A stretch of DNA of 64,000 nucleotides. It comes from a virus (lineage: Duplodnaviria; Heunggongvirae; Uroviricota; Caudoviricetes). The position numbers and the translations under genes are program-made. Each line of letters opens with the position of its first letter. Position 1 is the first letter of the stretch. Of the stretch, positions 33,323 through 42,887 are shown piece after piece. The stretch lies in IMG/VR virus record IMGVR_UViG_3300043438_000976, positions 100,027 through 164,026 of that record; one strand, 5' to 3'. The notes under the pieces are model-generated. The model saw only the letters and a list, made by a program, of their open reading frames with translations. It was not told the origin of the DNA and did not search any database.

Positions 33323-33627
33323 TCTTCTTCGATTCTAACAGCTAGTGGCCAACCATTTTGTCTAGCAAGCATTGTGCTTTCTACACCTTTTTGTTCTGCA
33401 ACTTCGTAAGTATAAACACCGGCAACACCTGCACCCTGTTCATGTACTCGCATTGTTATTTCTTTTGCACTAGATTCGTTGTGCTTAAACACATGCATCA
33501 ATAATGCAATGACAAAATCCATTGGGGTGTGATCATCATTTAGTACAATCACTTTGTACATGCCGGGTGTTACAATGTCAAAATCTTCTTCAATATCAAC
33601 AATATCTTTAGTTTTGGTATTTGCCAT
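33319..33627 (-). CDS. clpS: ATP-dependent Clp protease adaptor ClpS
   Basis: MYKVIVLNDDHTPMDFVIALLMHVF matches the ClpS core [20 protein letters not shown]. Confidence 0.85.
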   Translation of the reverse strand: MANTKTKDIVDIEEDFDIVTPGMYKVIVLNDDHTPMDFVIALLMHVFKHNESSAKEITMRVHEQGAGVAGVYTYEVAEQKGVESTMLARQNGWPLAVRIEEE

Positions 33628-33662
33628 ATAGACTTTCTAAAAAGGGGCCGGAGCCCCTGAAC

Positions 33663-34094
33663 TTACTTGATGGCAATCAAACGAGGCTTGAGTGCTTCAG
33701 GTACTACTCGTGTAAGTTTAACACGAAGAATGCCGTTTGTCAACTCAGCATCGCCCACTTCTACGTGATCTACAAGCGTAAACGCCCGTTCAAAATCACG
33801 AGCAGCCAGTCCGCGGTGAATGTACTTTTCCGAATCTTCATCTTTAGTACGGTTACCTTTGATGATTAATTGATCCTGGTCAACTGCAACTGTAATATCT
33901 TCTTTGTCAAAACCTGCTACTGCGATTTCGATTTCAAAGTTATTTTCGTCACGTTGAATGACATTATAAGGCGGATAGTTTGTTGTGGAATTTACGTGTC
34001 GGTTTTCGAAATCGTTTGAAATACGATTGAATCCGATAAGTGCTCTATTCAGATGTTGTAGAGCTGTTGTGTCAAAGCGTGAAAGTGCGTTCAT
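33663..34094 (-). CDS. Hsp20/alpha-crystallin small heat-shock protein
   Basis: YPPYNVIQRDENNFEIEIAVAGF...IKG similar to IbpA; start set at MNALSRF. Confidence 0.8.
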   Translation of the reverse strand: MNALSRFDTTALQHLNRALIGFNRISNDFENRHVNSTTNYPPYNVIQRDENNFEIEIAVAGFDKEDITVAVDQDQLIIKGNRTKDEDSEKYIHRGLAARDFERAFTLVDHVEVGDAELTNGILRVKLTRVVPEALKPRLIAIK

Positions 34095-34175
34095 TGTTTT
34101 TCTCCTTAATAAGCAAGAACATTGTGGGGAACTATTCCCCATTTGTAGAACCCTAACGGCGTCCTACAAATTTAT

Positions 34176-34958
34176 TTATCCCGAGATTTTCGAGATTTCT
34201 TCACAAGTGGGTGAATAATTTCCGCGATGTTGCACAGTAATACTAGCCGCCTTGTTTGCATATATTATAGCTTTTTCTATATCTTTTGTGTATAGATATT
34301 CAGCAGTTAGTGCGGCTAAAAATGTATCCCCACAACCGCACACATCCATGACTTCAACTGACTGAGTTGGATACAATTGATCTTTATATTGTGCTCCGCG
34401 ATCCCCTAATGTAACAATTAAATTTTTTGGAACACTGAATCTATTTTTGTATTCAGTTTCGTTAATTTTAACATAGCAATGATCTGCCCTAAATCTTGAC
34501 AAGTCTTGTTTCTTTGTATCTATAAACACTGGACATTTTACCGACCCTATAATTCTTTCAATGTGCTCATAGGTTAAGAATCCTTTATTGTAATCTGAGA
34601 TCACAATAGCATCATATGACTCTAGTGGCTCAGTAGTTCTGCCAGACCATTGAACAACATCATCTTCATCGTCAACTCTAAGCAGATGTTGACCTGACCT
34701 TTTATCTATGAATCTAGTTTTGGTAATAGAAGTTTCGTTGTGTATAAAATCTGGTTCAATATTTAGATGTACTAAATTACTATGGACATTTGCACTCATA
34801 CCAGGCAGTGAAAATGTTTCTACAATTTTAACAACAGGTACAGGAGCCTCCGGGCTCAATCTATCTACTGTACCTATATTATAGATATCAGTACAACTAT
34901 CACCGATCAGCAATACGTTGTATGATATTGGTTGTTGAGTATTCGCCGACTCTGTCAT
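34176..34958 (-). CDS. PfkB-family sugar kinase, HldE domain I-like (heptose-7-phosphate kinase)
   Basis: LIGDSCTDIY...SPEAPVPVVK like the HldE N-terminus; DTKKQDL, GCGDTF motifs. Confidence 0.5.
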   Translation of the reverse strand: MTESANTQQPISYNVLLIGDSCTDIYNIGTVDRLSPEAPVPVVKIVETFSLPGMSANVHSNLVHLNIEPDFIHNETSITKTRFIDKRSGQHLLRVDDEDDVVQWSGRTTEPLESYDAIVISDYNKGFLTYEHIERIIGSVKCPVFIDTKKQDLSRFRADHCYVKINETEYKNRFSVPKNLIVTLGDRGAQYKDQLYPTQSVEVMDVCGCGDTFLAALTAEYLYTKDIEKAIIYANKAASITVQHRGNYSPTCEEISKISG

Positions 34959-35298
34959 AATAAATTACTTCTTTTGAATATTGGTGTGCAGTTCCAGAGT
35001 TAGATTTCCAGTCACTGCCCTTTACATAAATGTCAGGCTCCCAACCCTTCATAATCTCAATTAGTTCTTCTTTGCTGTCAAATAACATTACCCCATCAAC
35101 AGCCTTTAGATTTTCTAAATGAAATTTACGATCTTCTTGATTGTTAATGGGACGAGCATCGCCTTTTAATTCTTTCACTCTTCGATCAGTATCAATAGCA
35201 ACTAGTAGAGTGTCTCCTTTGCTTCTGGCAAAGTTTAATAATTCGAGGTGGCCGCGATGCAGAATATCAAACGTACCATTTACCATGACTCGAGTCAT
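34900..35298 (-). CDS. cytidylyltransferase-fold nucleotidyltransferase, HldE domain II-like (heptose-1-P adenylyltransferase)
   Basis: VNGTFDILHRGHLELL (T/HxGH motif); start set at MTRVMVNG, abutting the cupin stop. Confidence 0.55.
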   Translation of the reverse strand: MTRVMVNGTFDILHRGHLELLNFARSKGDTLLVAIDTDRRVKELKGDARPINNQEDRKFHLENLKAVDGVMLFDSKEELIEIMKGWEPDIYVKGSDWKSNSGTAHQYSKEVIYYDRVGEYSTTNIIQRIADR

Positions 35299-35654
35299 TT
35301 TTGACTGTCGCCTTTGCCTACACGGTAGTTGTCTTCCACGCTGTCTGGTGTGGATACTTCGATAACAGTTCCGGCTTCGATACACTCTAGTTGATGTGGC
35401 ATACAGGGTGTATTGTGCCATACTGCACCATCACGCAATTCTTTTTCGTATAATTCAGCAGTCTTAGTATCAATCCATCGAACAAGAAACTTGCCACTTT
35501 GTATATACCAAGTTTCTTCTTTGTCTTTATGGAAGTGCATACTGAACTTTGCACCCGCGTTAAAGTTCATAAACTTGCCGCAATACTTGTCGTTTGTGGC
35601 CCAGATAAATTCCGAGCCCCAACCTTTTGGAACCAGTCCTTTAAGTTGTGTCAT
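35295..35654 (-). CDS. cupin-domain protein (possibly sugar ketoisomerase/epimerase-like)
   Basis: 119 aa; His-containing cupin motifs FSMHFHKDKEETWY and PCMPHQLE. Confidence 0.35.
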   Translation of the reverse strand: MTQLKGLVPKGWGSEFIWATNDKYCGKFMNFNAGAKFSMHFHKDKEETWYIQSGKFLVRWIDTKTAELYEKELRDGAVWHNTPCMPHQLECIEAGTVIEVSTPDSVEDNYRVGKGDSQK

Positions 35655-35655
35655 T

Positions 35656-36351
35656 TCATTTTCCTATTAACTTGATATTTAATCTTACACCGTCTCCGGG
35701 ATAGTTTTTTATTATACCTGCTAACTTATCACCGAACTCTGAATTTTGTAAGGGTGGAAAGTGATTCCTAGTATCGTTCTTTTTCCACAATGCTGAATAT
35801 TGTTGCAGATCGATTAACGGAGTTTCTATAGTAACTCCTCTGGCAAAAGTATGATTATTATAGTCTCCCCGAAAACAAAAGAAGTGTATAACTTTTTCTA
35901 TGTTATTGTCGACGGCAATTTTATCTATTTCATTAAACCATTGTTGGTATGCCCAAAGATGATATTTTTCGGATATAATATATTCGTAATACCCAAGGGC
36001 TGCTTTGATAAAATTTTCAGAAGGTTTCTCAACACCGGGAGGAGTTGTTATATTCTTAGTTTCGACACTTAATGTATTAATACCCAGTCCTCGATCGTTT
36101 GGAATTCTGTAAGGTTCTGTATGACAAACAACCAAAACTTTTACAGGTCTGTGTTTTAGTTCTACTAATAGTTTTTTCCTAGCCGACCACCAGCTTGCAC
36201 CCTTGAATCCTTCACCCCTAACTTGTAGAGTAGGATGAAATAGCTGACCTGTAAGGGAAGATGTAAATATATTTGGCCAGTCACTTTTCTCAGTGCGGTC
36301 TGCACAAAAACTATCCCCTACAATTAATATATCATTCCATTCATATGTCAT
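35656..36351 (-). CDS. hypothetical protein with GDS(F) hydrolase-like N-terminal motif
   Basis: ILIVGDSFCADR at the N-terminus; other SGNH blocks not evident. Confidence 0.3.
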   Translation of the reverse strand: MTYEWNDILIVGDSFCADRTEKSDWPNIFTSSLTGQLFHPTLQVRGEGFKGASWWSARKKLLVELKHRPVKVLVVCHTEPYRIPNDRGLGINTLSVETKNITTPPGVEKPSENFIKAALGYYEYIISEKYHLWAYQQWFNEIDKIAVDNNIEKVIHFFCFRGDYNNHTFARGVTIETPLIDLQQYSALWKKNDTRNHFPPLQNSEFGDKLAGIIKNYPGDGVRLNIKLIGK

Positions 36352-36617
36352 AGCTCTTTAAGCCGCCTAATATCTTTATGCTTTACAATGATAAAATTAT
36401 AAATTTTGTCTTGATATTTAAAGGGTAGATCTAAGTGTATAGTTACTTCTGGACCAGTAATATGATTAATCAAGCGGTCGTTACCCACAGTTCCTACAAA
36501 TGGAATCTTATGCCATTTACCTATGACACGATCACCGATGTCATAAGTGTGTTTATATCCAATTTTATTAAAGTAATCAGTTTGATTGCCCATTTGACTC
36601 TCCGGATATTTCGTCAT
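36348..36617 (-). CDS. hypothetical protein (89 aa)
   Basis: start overlaps upstream stop; no motif. Confidence 0.25.
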   Translation of the reverse strand: MTKYPESQMGNQTDYFNKIGYKHTYDIGDRVIGKWHKIPFVGTVGNDRLINHITGPEVTIHLDLPFKYQDKIYNFIIVKHKDIRRLKEL

Positions 36618-36881
36618 ACATTACCCAACATCCTGTTTCTGTATTCCAGTGGCGATTGTCATATAACTGAAAATGTACATTATATCCAAACAGGCCGACT
36701 TCTAAATCTAAGCCTGCGTGACTTTGCCTAATGGTCCAATTAAACATAAAAGACACTAGGGTGGAATCTCTAGTAACTTCTAGTTCAATAAATTTGTTCT
36801 TAAAGAGAGTGACAAAACTTGTACACCACAAATTCTTAAATGTGTTACTCCAGGGATTTCGAATGTTAAAATTTAAACTGA

Positions 36882-37184
36882 TCATTCGTCTTCCTCTTGC
36901 AGTTGGTCGCGGAATACTTCCAATTGTTTAATTAGATTATCAATGCCGCCTGCGTTCAAGGTAATTTCACTATAGCCCATTGCAAAACTAACTCTGTTGT
37001 TATTGGTCATTCCCAGCCGGTAATATGTAACAGCAGGCTTTTCTTCCTCAGGAGGTGCAAGCGGTACTGATTTTAGTTCCGGAAATGGAATAACCTTGCT
37101 CATGTCGTTGCCAATCTTTTCCATGTCAGTTCGACTATCAGTAGGATATTCACGACGACCAATATTTTTAAACCAATCAAACAT
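36882..37184 (-). CDS. hypothetical protein (100 aa)
   Basis: ORF only. Confidence 0.25.
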   Translation of the reverse strand: MFDWFKNIGRREYPTDSRTDMEKIGNDMSKVIPFPELKSVPLAPPEEEKPAVTYYRLGMTNNNRVSFAMGYSEITLNAGGIDNLIKQLEVFRDQLQEEDE

Positions 37185-37271
37185 TTTATAAATCTTTCAA
37201 GCAGTGTATGAAAATATATTGTAGCACAAAAGAAAAGGGCCGTCAAGGCCCTTATTCTTCTTTTTATCTAA

Positions 37272-38075
37272 TCAGCGACCGCTAATGTTACCTAGAGCAG
37301 TCATATTGCTTGGAACAACAATAGTCTGTACCTTGCCGTTTTTAATACCTTCGGAGATATTAAGTTCAGCCTGTGCCCGCATAAACGCAATGGAACTAGT
37401 TGAGTTATTAGCCAATGCTGCCATACGACGCGATTCAGCTTCGGCGGTCTTAACTTCAATTTCCTTCTGCTTCAATTCGTTCTTGGATTTGACTAATTCA
37501 TTAGCACTGGCAACAACACTGTCAGCAGGTACTACGTTACGAATCAGCACTTGACTAATGGTGATAGAACCATCCAACTTTTCTTCTGTCAAATTACGAA
37601 TAACTTCTTCTTTGATAAAGTTTTCCATTTCACCACGATTGTCTGCCATGTCCAATGCTTCGTACTTACGTGCTGCCTTGTAGATAGCATTACGAGCATT
37701 TTGAACAATATAGTTATACATCACATAAGTGTCGCCTTTGAAATCAGCATGGAAACTCTTGTTCTTCGTTGAGTACAACTCTGCTACCTGAGCAGGGTTG
37801 ATGTTATACACAACCACAGCATCAAAGTCTTTCATTGTTGAGTTGTCTTTGGCCACAGGGGTCATGTCATTGAGTGTGACATTGACGTCCTTGATAGGGA
37901 ACGTCAAGATAGTACCAATTAGACTTTGGTTAAAGCTACCTGGCAACAGTTCGCCTGCCTGTACCTGCTTGTCGAAACCAACTCGAACACCGACCTCACC
38001 AGTCTCAATTCGAGTACATGCAGAAGTCAATGCAACTGCGGCGATAACAAAACCCAATTTAATCAAACGATTCAT
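37272..38075 (-). CDS. SPFH/band-7 (prohibitin-like) domain membrane protein
   Basis: lipoprotein/TM N-terminus then GEVGVRVGF... band-7-like region and C-terminal coiled coil; start set at MNRLIKLG. Confidence 0.4.
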   Translation of the reverse strand: MNRLIKLGFVIAAVALTSACTRIETGEVGVRVGFDKQVQAGELLPGSFNQSLIGTILTFPIKDVNVTLNDMTPVAKDNSTMKDFDAVVVYNINPAQVAELYSTKNKSFHADFKGDTYVMYNYIVQNARNAIYKAARKYEALDMADNRGEMENFIKEEVIRNLTEEKLDGSITISQVLIRNVVPADSVVASANELVKSKNELKQKEIEVKTAEAESRRMAALANNSTSSIAFMRAQAELNISEGIKNGKVQTIVVPSNMTALGNISGR

Positions 38076-38350
38076 TTTAAATAACTCCAGTAGTAAAAAG
38101 AAAGAAACAAACACTAAACCCAAGAACAAAATAAAGTGGCCGAAGCAACACATCATTAATCATATAAGTCCTTAAAAAATAATTACAATTCCAAACATTA
38201 GCAACATTGCTATTGTTGCACTAATTATAGCATACATTCCTGCTTTCGTCAAGAACAATGCCTGACTCCCTGTCATCTTTTGGACTCCTCGAATGCCAAA
38301 AAATATCAGCACTGCGAGGACCAAAAAGAGTAAAATTACTCCAATCATTT

Positions 38351-39439
38351 TTAGTCCTTAGTTGGGAAGGGCCACTGTGCGGATTGAGCAGTGAAGGTAG
38401 TTCCTGGAGGAGGACTTACCTTACCGTCGGCAAACATCCAACCTGTCGGAGCAGTTGGTGCCTTGGCCTGATAACGCCAACGTTCTGGAGCACCGTCATC
38501 ACGATCTTCACAGCCCAAATTGTAGCCGTTGTCGTAGTTGTTGTAGTCCTTGCCAACACGACGATTGTGATAGTCCAAATTCATAAAACCATCGCTGTAA
38601 CCTTTCTTGAAGGCACTGTCGCCTACTCGCACGTCCGGAGCAGCCATTGCAGGAACACTTTCCGGAGTCAATGCTGAGATAGGTTGGCGTGTACCAGCAG
38701 TACCATTAGCACCGCTTTGAACTGATCGATCAAAAGCCTTGTCTGGATCAACGTTCAACTCGCCAATAACTTCATAGCGGCAAGCACGACCTTTGGCATC
38801 GTTGTAGTCACTTGGAATGCTGACAACATCGCGTGGGTTGATCTTAACAATCACAGTACGCTCGCCACCAAAGTGACTCAGGTAACTCATACCGCAGAAG
38901 TGCAGGCCAGTGGAACAGGTTTGATCCTTGTTGTCGTCAACTGCATTACGTTCCATTTCCACAACACAACCAGGTGCGTTCAACATGGTGTTGCTGTGTA
39001 CGTCCATGAATGTGTCGCGAACTTTCTTGTAAGCAAGGAAGTGGCCATCCGGAGTGATTGGCAAGTTGTTCTTTTCCAAGAAGCCATACAGTTCGGTCAC
39101 GGCTCGTTTGCTAGGGTTAGCATACAAGTTCTCCATAAAGTTAACCATTGGCTCAATTGGAAAGCCTTCCTGCAACATTTCAATCATGCGTCGAGCAAGA
39201 CCAGTGTTAAGCACTTCGCCCTTCCAGTACAGAGTCTCACCCTGGATAGTAACATTGCCAGCACCGTAGTTCAACACAACCTTTTTAGGTTCGATGATGT
39301 CTTTAACTGTGTCCCAGTCACTGGCCTTAATGGCATCTAGTACCTTTTGATAGGTAATATGGGTTTTGGAAACAGTATGTGACTTATTTCCAATTACAAC
39401 AACAATGTTTGATCCTTGGATCAGGAATGGATAACTCAT
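38351..39439 (-). CDS. rIIB: rIIB-like protein
   Basis: immediately downstream of rIIA, translationally coupled; 362 aa; order as in T4. Confidence 0.45.
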   Translation of the reverse strand: MSYPFLIQGSNIVVVIGNKSHTVSKTHITYQKVLDAIKASDWDTVKDIIEPKKVVLNYGAGNVTIQGETLYWKGEVLNTGLARRMIEMLQEGFPIEPMVNFMENLYANPSKRAVTELYGFLEKNNLPITPDGHFLAYKKVRDTFMDVHSNTMLNAPGCVVEMERNAVDDNKDQTCSTGLHFCGMSYLSHFGGERTVIVKINPRDVVSIPSDYNDAKGRACRYEVIGELNVDPDKAFDRSVQSGANGTAGTRQPISALTPESVPAMAAPDVRVGDSAFKKGYSDGFMNLDYHNRRVGKDYNNYDNGYNLGCEDRDDGAPERWRYQAKAPTAPTGWMFADGKVSPPPGTTFTAQSAQWPFPTKD

Positions 39440-39440
39440 T

Positions 39441-41618
39441 TTAAATGCCTTTCTTTTGGTCGATTAAATTAACATATTCGGCAATATCGCTTGCCTCTAC
39501 GCGGTAAGTGCTCAACTTACTTAACAACGGATAACGACTGTTCACTTCGTCAACTTCTTTCTGATACTTGATCACAAGTGATTCTGGGCTAAGGGTGGCA
39601 CTAGGAGCAAACTTACGGAACAGTCTATCTATATTGTAGCGGTTTCCTTGAAACTTGTCAACCTTTTCAAACACTGTGACCAGTTTTGCGTAAGGACTAT
39701 TGGCATCAATTTTTGCCAAAACATCCTTATTGTGGATACCGTTGATAACATCAGCCTTTTCCAACCCGCTCTTAACCAAACTCATCAACAGTTTGGAATT
39801 GTCATTGGCGTTCAGCTGGTCCACAACATAGTCTTCAAAGTTCTTCCAGTTTGCTTTCTTCTTGATCTCTTCGATGTCGCTCTTACGAACACCATAGATC
39901 TCACCGTGGTACAAACCGGACAGGCTCTTAACATCGTCGTGCAATTCCTTACCACTAGTGTAGCCTTTGGCACTCAGCATTGTGAAGCCGCTCAATGGCA
40001 CATAGTAGTAGGTCTCTGTACTAACAAACTTGCTAGTATCACCAGCGGCACGCCAAACCATATCCTGCTCATCACGACGATGGCCACCGCCTCCTCGACG
40101 TTCTAACTTGAGGATGGTAACGTTCCGTCCCATGTTCTCACGCTCACGTTGCTTCAAGGTACTTGCGGCAAAGCGGCGAGCAGTAGGAGGTTCTTGGATT
40201 GCGGCAAAGAATGCTTGAGTATTCATTGCCTTGGTCTTGTCTACCTTTTCCAAGATCCAGATAGCACGGCTGTACACATCGCAACCAGTTTCTTTGTAGT
40301 GGTAACGAGCACGTTCGCCTGCACCGGTCTTCAAGTCGTTGACAACAAAGTGGCAAGTGTCATCTACAGGGATCTGCCATTCTTGCCAAGTGATGTAATG
40401 CCCGTTGGCATTTTTAGCACGATTGTCTGCATACTCAGTAACACTCTTACCATTGCTCACAGTCTTGTTATGACGAACTTGTTGCAGTTGACGGATCTGA
40501 ATGTTCCAGTTTGTAGCAAGGTCTTCAACTTTAAAATTGAACTTCTTCAAACGGTTGTATTGCAGTTCATCGTAAGTAGGCAGTTTGGTATCCTGTGCAT
40601 ACTTGCTCACAGCCGCAGTCCACAAACGGTGCTCTTTCTTCTTGTACAGAAACACAGCACGGTCCCACAGGTTCTCAATAGCATCTGCTTCTTTGGCAAT
40701 CACAACTGCTAATGCCGCATTGACCTGTTCCAGTTTGGCCTTGATAGCCGCAACAGTTGATGGAATGTAACTCAATCCTTCACGGCTGGCTTGGAAGTCC
40801 AGTTCGCCAATACCAAAGTGCATTTCCAAACCGCAACCCAACAACTGCTTCAACTCGGGCGGAATAGAACTGTCAGCGTTAGGCACTTCGATAGGGTAAG
40901 CAATATTGCCCATAATGGCTGCACTGTGATTGCCGTTCTTGAAACTATGCACACCCGGAACAATGTCGCGGCTTTCGTATTCAGCATCAACAAACTGGAA
41001 ATCAGCACTGCCCGAAACAACCGGACGCAGAGCAAAGTGTTTGTAGACAACTCGAGCCTCTTGACGGAACTTGTCAAAGTCATAACGTTCATTAACAGAG
41101 AACTTAACTTCAACACCTGCTGGCTCGTCAGTAACTTCCATCATCATCAGGGCAATACTCGGAACCCCTTGTGCGTTGATAAAGGCCGAGTAAATGCCTT
41201 TGCGTCCGGCTTGGATAGCGGTGACTGTAAAATTGTCAGTGTAGCTAAACGGGCTTTTAGATCCCAATCCAAGAGCTCCGATAAACTCGTTGGAGTTTGT
41301 TTTGGTACTTTCGAAGTAAGTGGTGTAGATTTGTGTAACTTGTTCATGTGATAGTCCTGTTCCGTAGTCGCGAATAGCAAAGTGCGGTTCCAAGGCATTT
41401 GGAAGATGCACATCAAAGGGAGTATCTTTGCAACCTGCGGCTGCATGGCTGTCCACCGCATTACAACTCAATTCACGGATAATAGCACGGACCTTGTTAG
41501 CATACAAGCCCGAACTCAAAATAGAGAATGCTTTGGCACTGTTTCGAATACGGAACTCGCCAATTTCTGACACGTTAGAAACAATGGCTTCGTGTTGTGG
41601 AGCATTGTTAAGAATCAT
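39441..41618 (-). CDS. rIIA: rIIA-like protein with GHKL/HATPase_c N-terminal domain
   Basis: exactly 725 aa as T4 RIIA; N-terminus IGEFRIRNS...LYANKVRAIIRELSCNAVDSHA matches the rIIA N-terminal pattern. Confidence 0.65.
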   Translation of the reverse strand: MILNNAPQHEAIVSNVSEIGEFRIRNSAKAFSILSSGLYANKVRAIIRELSCNAVDSHAAAGCKDTPFDVHLPNALEPHFAIRDYGTGLSHEQVTQIYTTYFESTKTNSNEFIGALGLGSKSPFSYTDNFTVTAIQAGRKGIYSAFINAQGVPSIALMMMEVTDEPAGVEVKFSVNERYDFDKFRQEARVVYKHFALRPVVSGSADFQFVDAEYESRDIVPGVHSFKNGNHSAAIMGNIAYPIEVPNADSSIPPELKQLLGCGLEMHFGIGELDFQASREGLSYIPSTVAAIKAKLEQVNAALAVVIAKEADAIENLWDRAVFLYKKKEHRLWTAAVSKYAQDTKLPTYDELQYNRLKKFNFKVEDLATNWNIQIRQLQQVRHNKTVSNGKSVTEYADNRAKNANGHYITWQEWQIPVDDTCHFVVNDLKTGAGERARYHYKETGCDVYSRAIWILEKVDKTKAMNTQAFFAAIQEPPTARRFAASTLKQRERENMGRNVTILKLERRGGGGHRRDEQDMVWRAAGDTSKFVSTETYYYVPLSGFTMLSAKGYTSGKELHDDVKSLSGLYHGEIYGVRKSDIEEIKKKANWKNFEDYVVDQLNANDNSKLLMSLVKSGLEKADVINGIHNKDVLAKIDANSPYAKLVTVFEKVDKFQGNRYNIDRLFRKFAPSATLSPESLVIKYQKEVDEVNSRYPLLSKLSTYRVEASDIAEYVNLIDQKKGI

Positions 41619-41717
41619 TTGGAACCTTTCAGTAGTGTGTTGCTGTCTATGTATATATTATACAAGGAAAAACCAGTCCTGTCAAGAACTGGTTTGTCCA
41701 ATTTAGTCCAAAACTAT

Positions 41718-42809
41718 TTAGAATGCGTCCATATAGTTATAGCTACGGTCTTTGATCCTGCTCAAAACCAACTGTACGCCTTCCGAATTGGCAAAAACAA
41801 ACTTACCAGATTGGCTGTCAATTTTTGTAATATGGCTAGGATCAAATTTAATGCTTTTCCAATTCCAATCAAAGTCGCCGTCTTCGTCCTTTTCTTCCTC
41901 GTACTCTTTGACATGAATACTGACCTGTCCTTGAAGTGGATTACCTTTCCATTCAAAAGTTTCCATGTCCGATGTTTTGACTTCTTCTCCGTCCTTGATA
42001 ACTTTCATAGTGAAAGCGTTGCCCGAGTCAAATTCTGGCTTAACGTTCAACATACGCAGAGCATCTTGCGGTTCTTCGTCGTATCGATTCATTTCTTCAA
42101 CAGCCGCTTTTAACATGTCAAAGTTGAACTGATTAAACAAGCTGGCAATTTGACATAGCTTTTCAGCGTGATGCTGAAGCTCTGATTTCAAGTTGTCTGC
42201 ACAATACTCCATAATGAAGTTAGCATCAAGGCCTTTGTAGTCCAACATGTAGTACAGGCGGCCTGGGCGGTTTCGCATGTTTTGATCAATACGCCACTTG
42301 TCGTTACAAGTCAGAATGAACAGCTTCTTGCTTGGGAATACACCATCAAGCAAAGTCAGTGCCTTCTCTTGGTCATCTGAATCATAAACTTTTTCAAACT
42401 CGTCAAACAAGACTACGCAAGGCTGTTCAATCATCTGCATGAATGCATTAAACTTGTCCCCGACCCATGGTGCATTGATAACAATAGTAGGAATGCTCAA
42501 ACGCTTGGCTGCTTCGATGGCCAAATTCTTAGCCAACAGTGATTTGCCGGAACCTTTTTCGCCTGCCAGCATAACACCAGTAGATGCAGAGCGATCCATG
42601 AATGTATTTAGAATACGATTAGTGTTCTTGTCCAAGTCGCCATAACGCTTTCCTTTGATTTCAAATGATTCAATATGTTCAAGGTAAAGGGGACCATCCA
42701 TGGGCATCTCTTTAACCACGTAGTTACCTGCTGGTAATGTATCGTGAAGATCCATAGCTTCTTTTGAAGAAACCCGGAATGTATTACCTGACTTTAGAAA
42801 ATATGACAT
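41718..42809 (-). CDS. AAA-type ATPase (Walker A GEKGSGKS, Walker B VVLFDEFEK)
   Basis: P-loop, hhhhDE Walker B, sensor ILTCND. Confidence 0.5.
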   Translation of the reverse strand: MSYFLKSGNTFRVSSKEAMDLHDTLPAGNYVVKEMPMDGPLYLEHIESFEIKGKRYGDLDKNTNRILNTFMDRSASTGVMLAGEKGSGKSLLAKNLAIEAAKRLSIPTIVINAPWVGDKFNAFMQMIEQPCVVLFDEFEKVYDSDDQEKALTLLDGVFPSKKLFILTCNDKWRIDQNMRNRPGRLYYMLDYKGLDANFIMEYCADNLKSELQHHAEKLCQIASLFNQFNFDMLKAAVEEMNRYDEEPQDALRMLNVKPEFDSGNAFTMKVIKDGEEVKTSDMETFEWKGNPLQGQVSIHVKEYEEEKDEDGDFDWNWKSIKFDPSHITKIDSQSGKFVFANSEGVQLVLSRIKDRSYNYMDAF

Positions 42810-42887
42810 CGCATTCTTTCAGTGTGTTTGTTGCTATGTGTAAATTATACAATAAAAACAAGGGGTTGTAAAGCCCCTTGTTAATTT

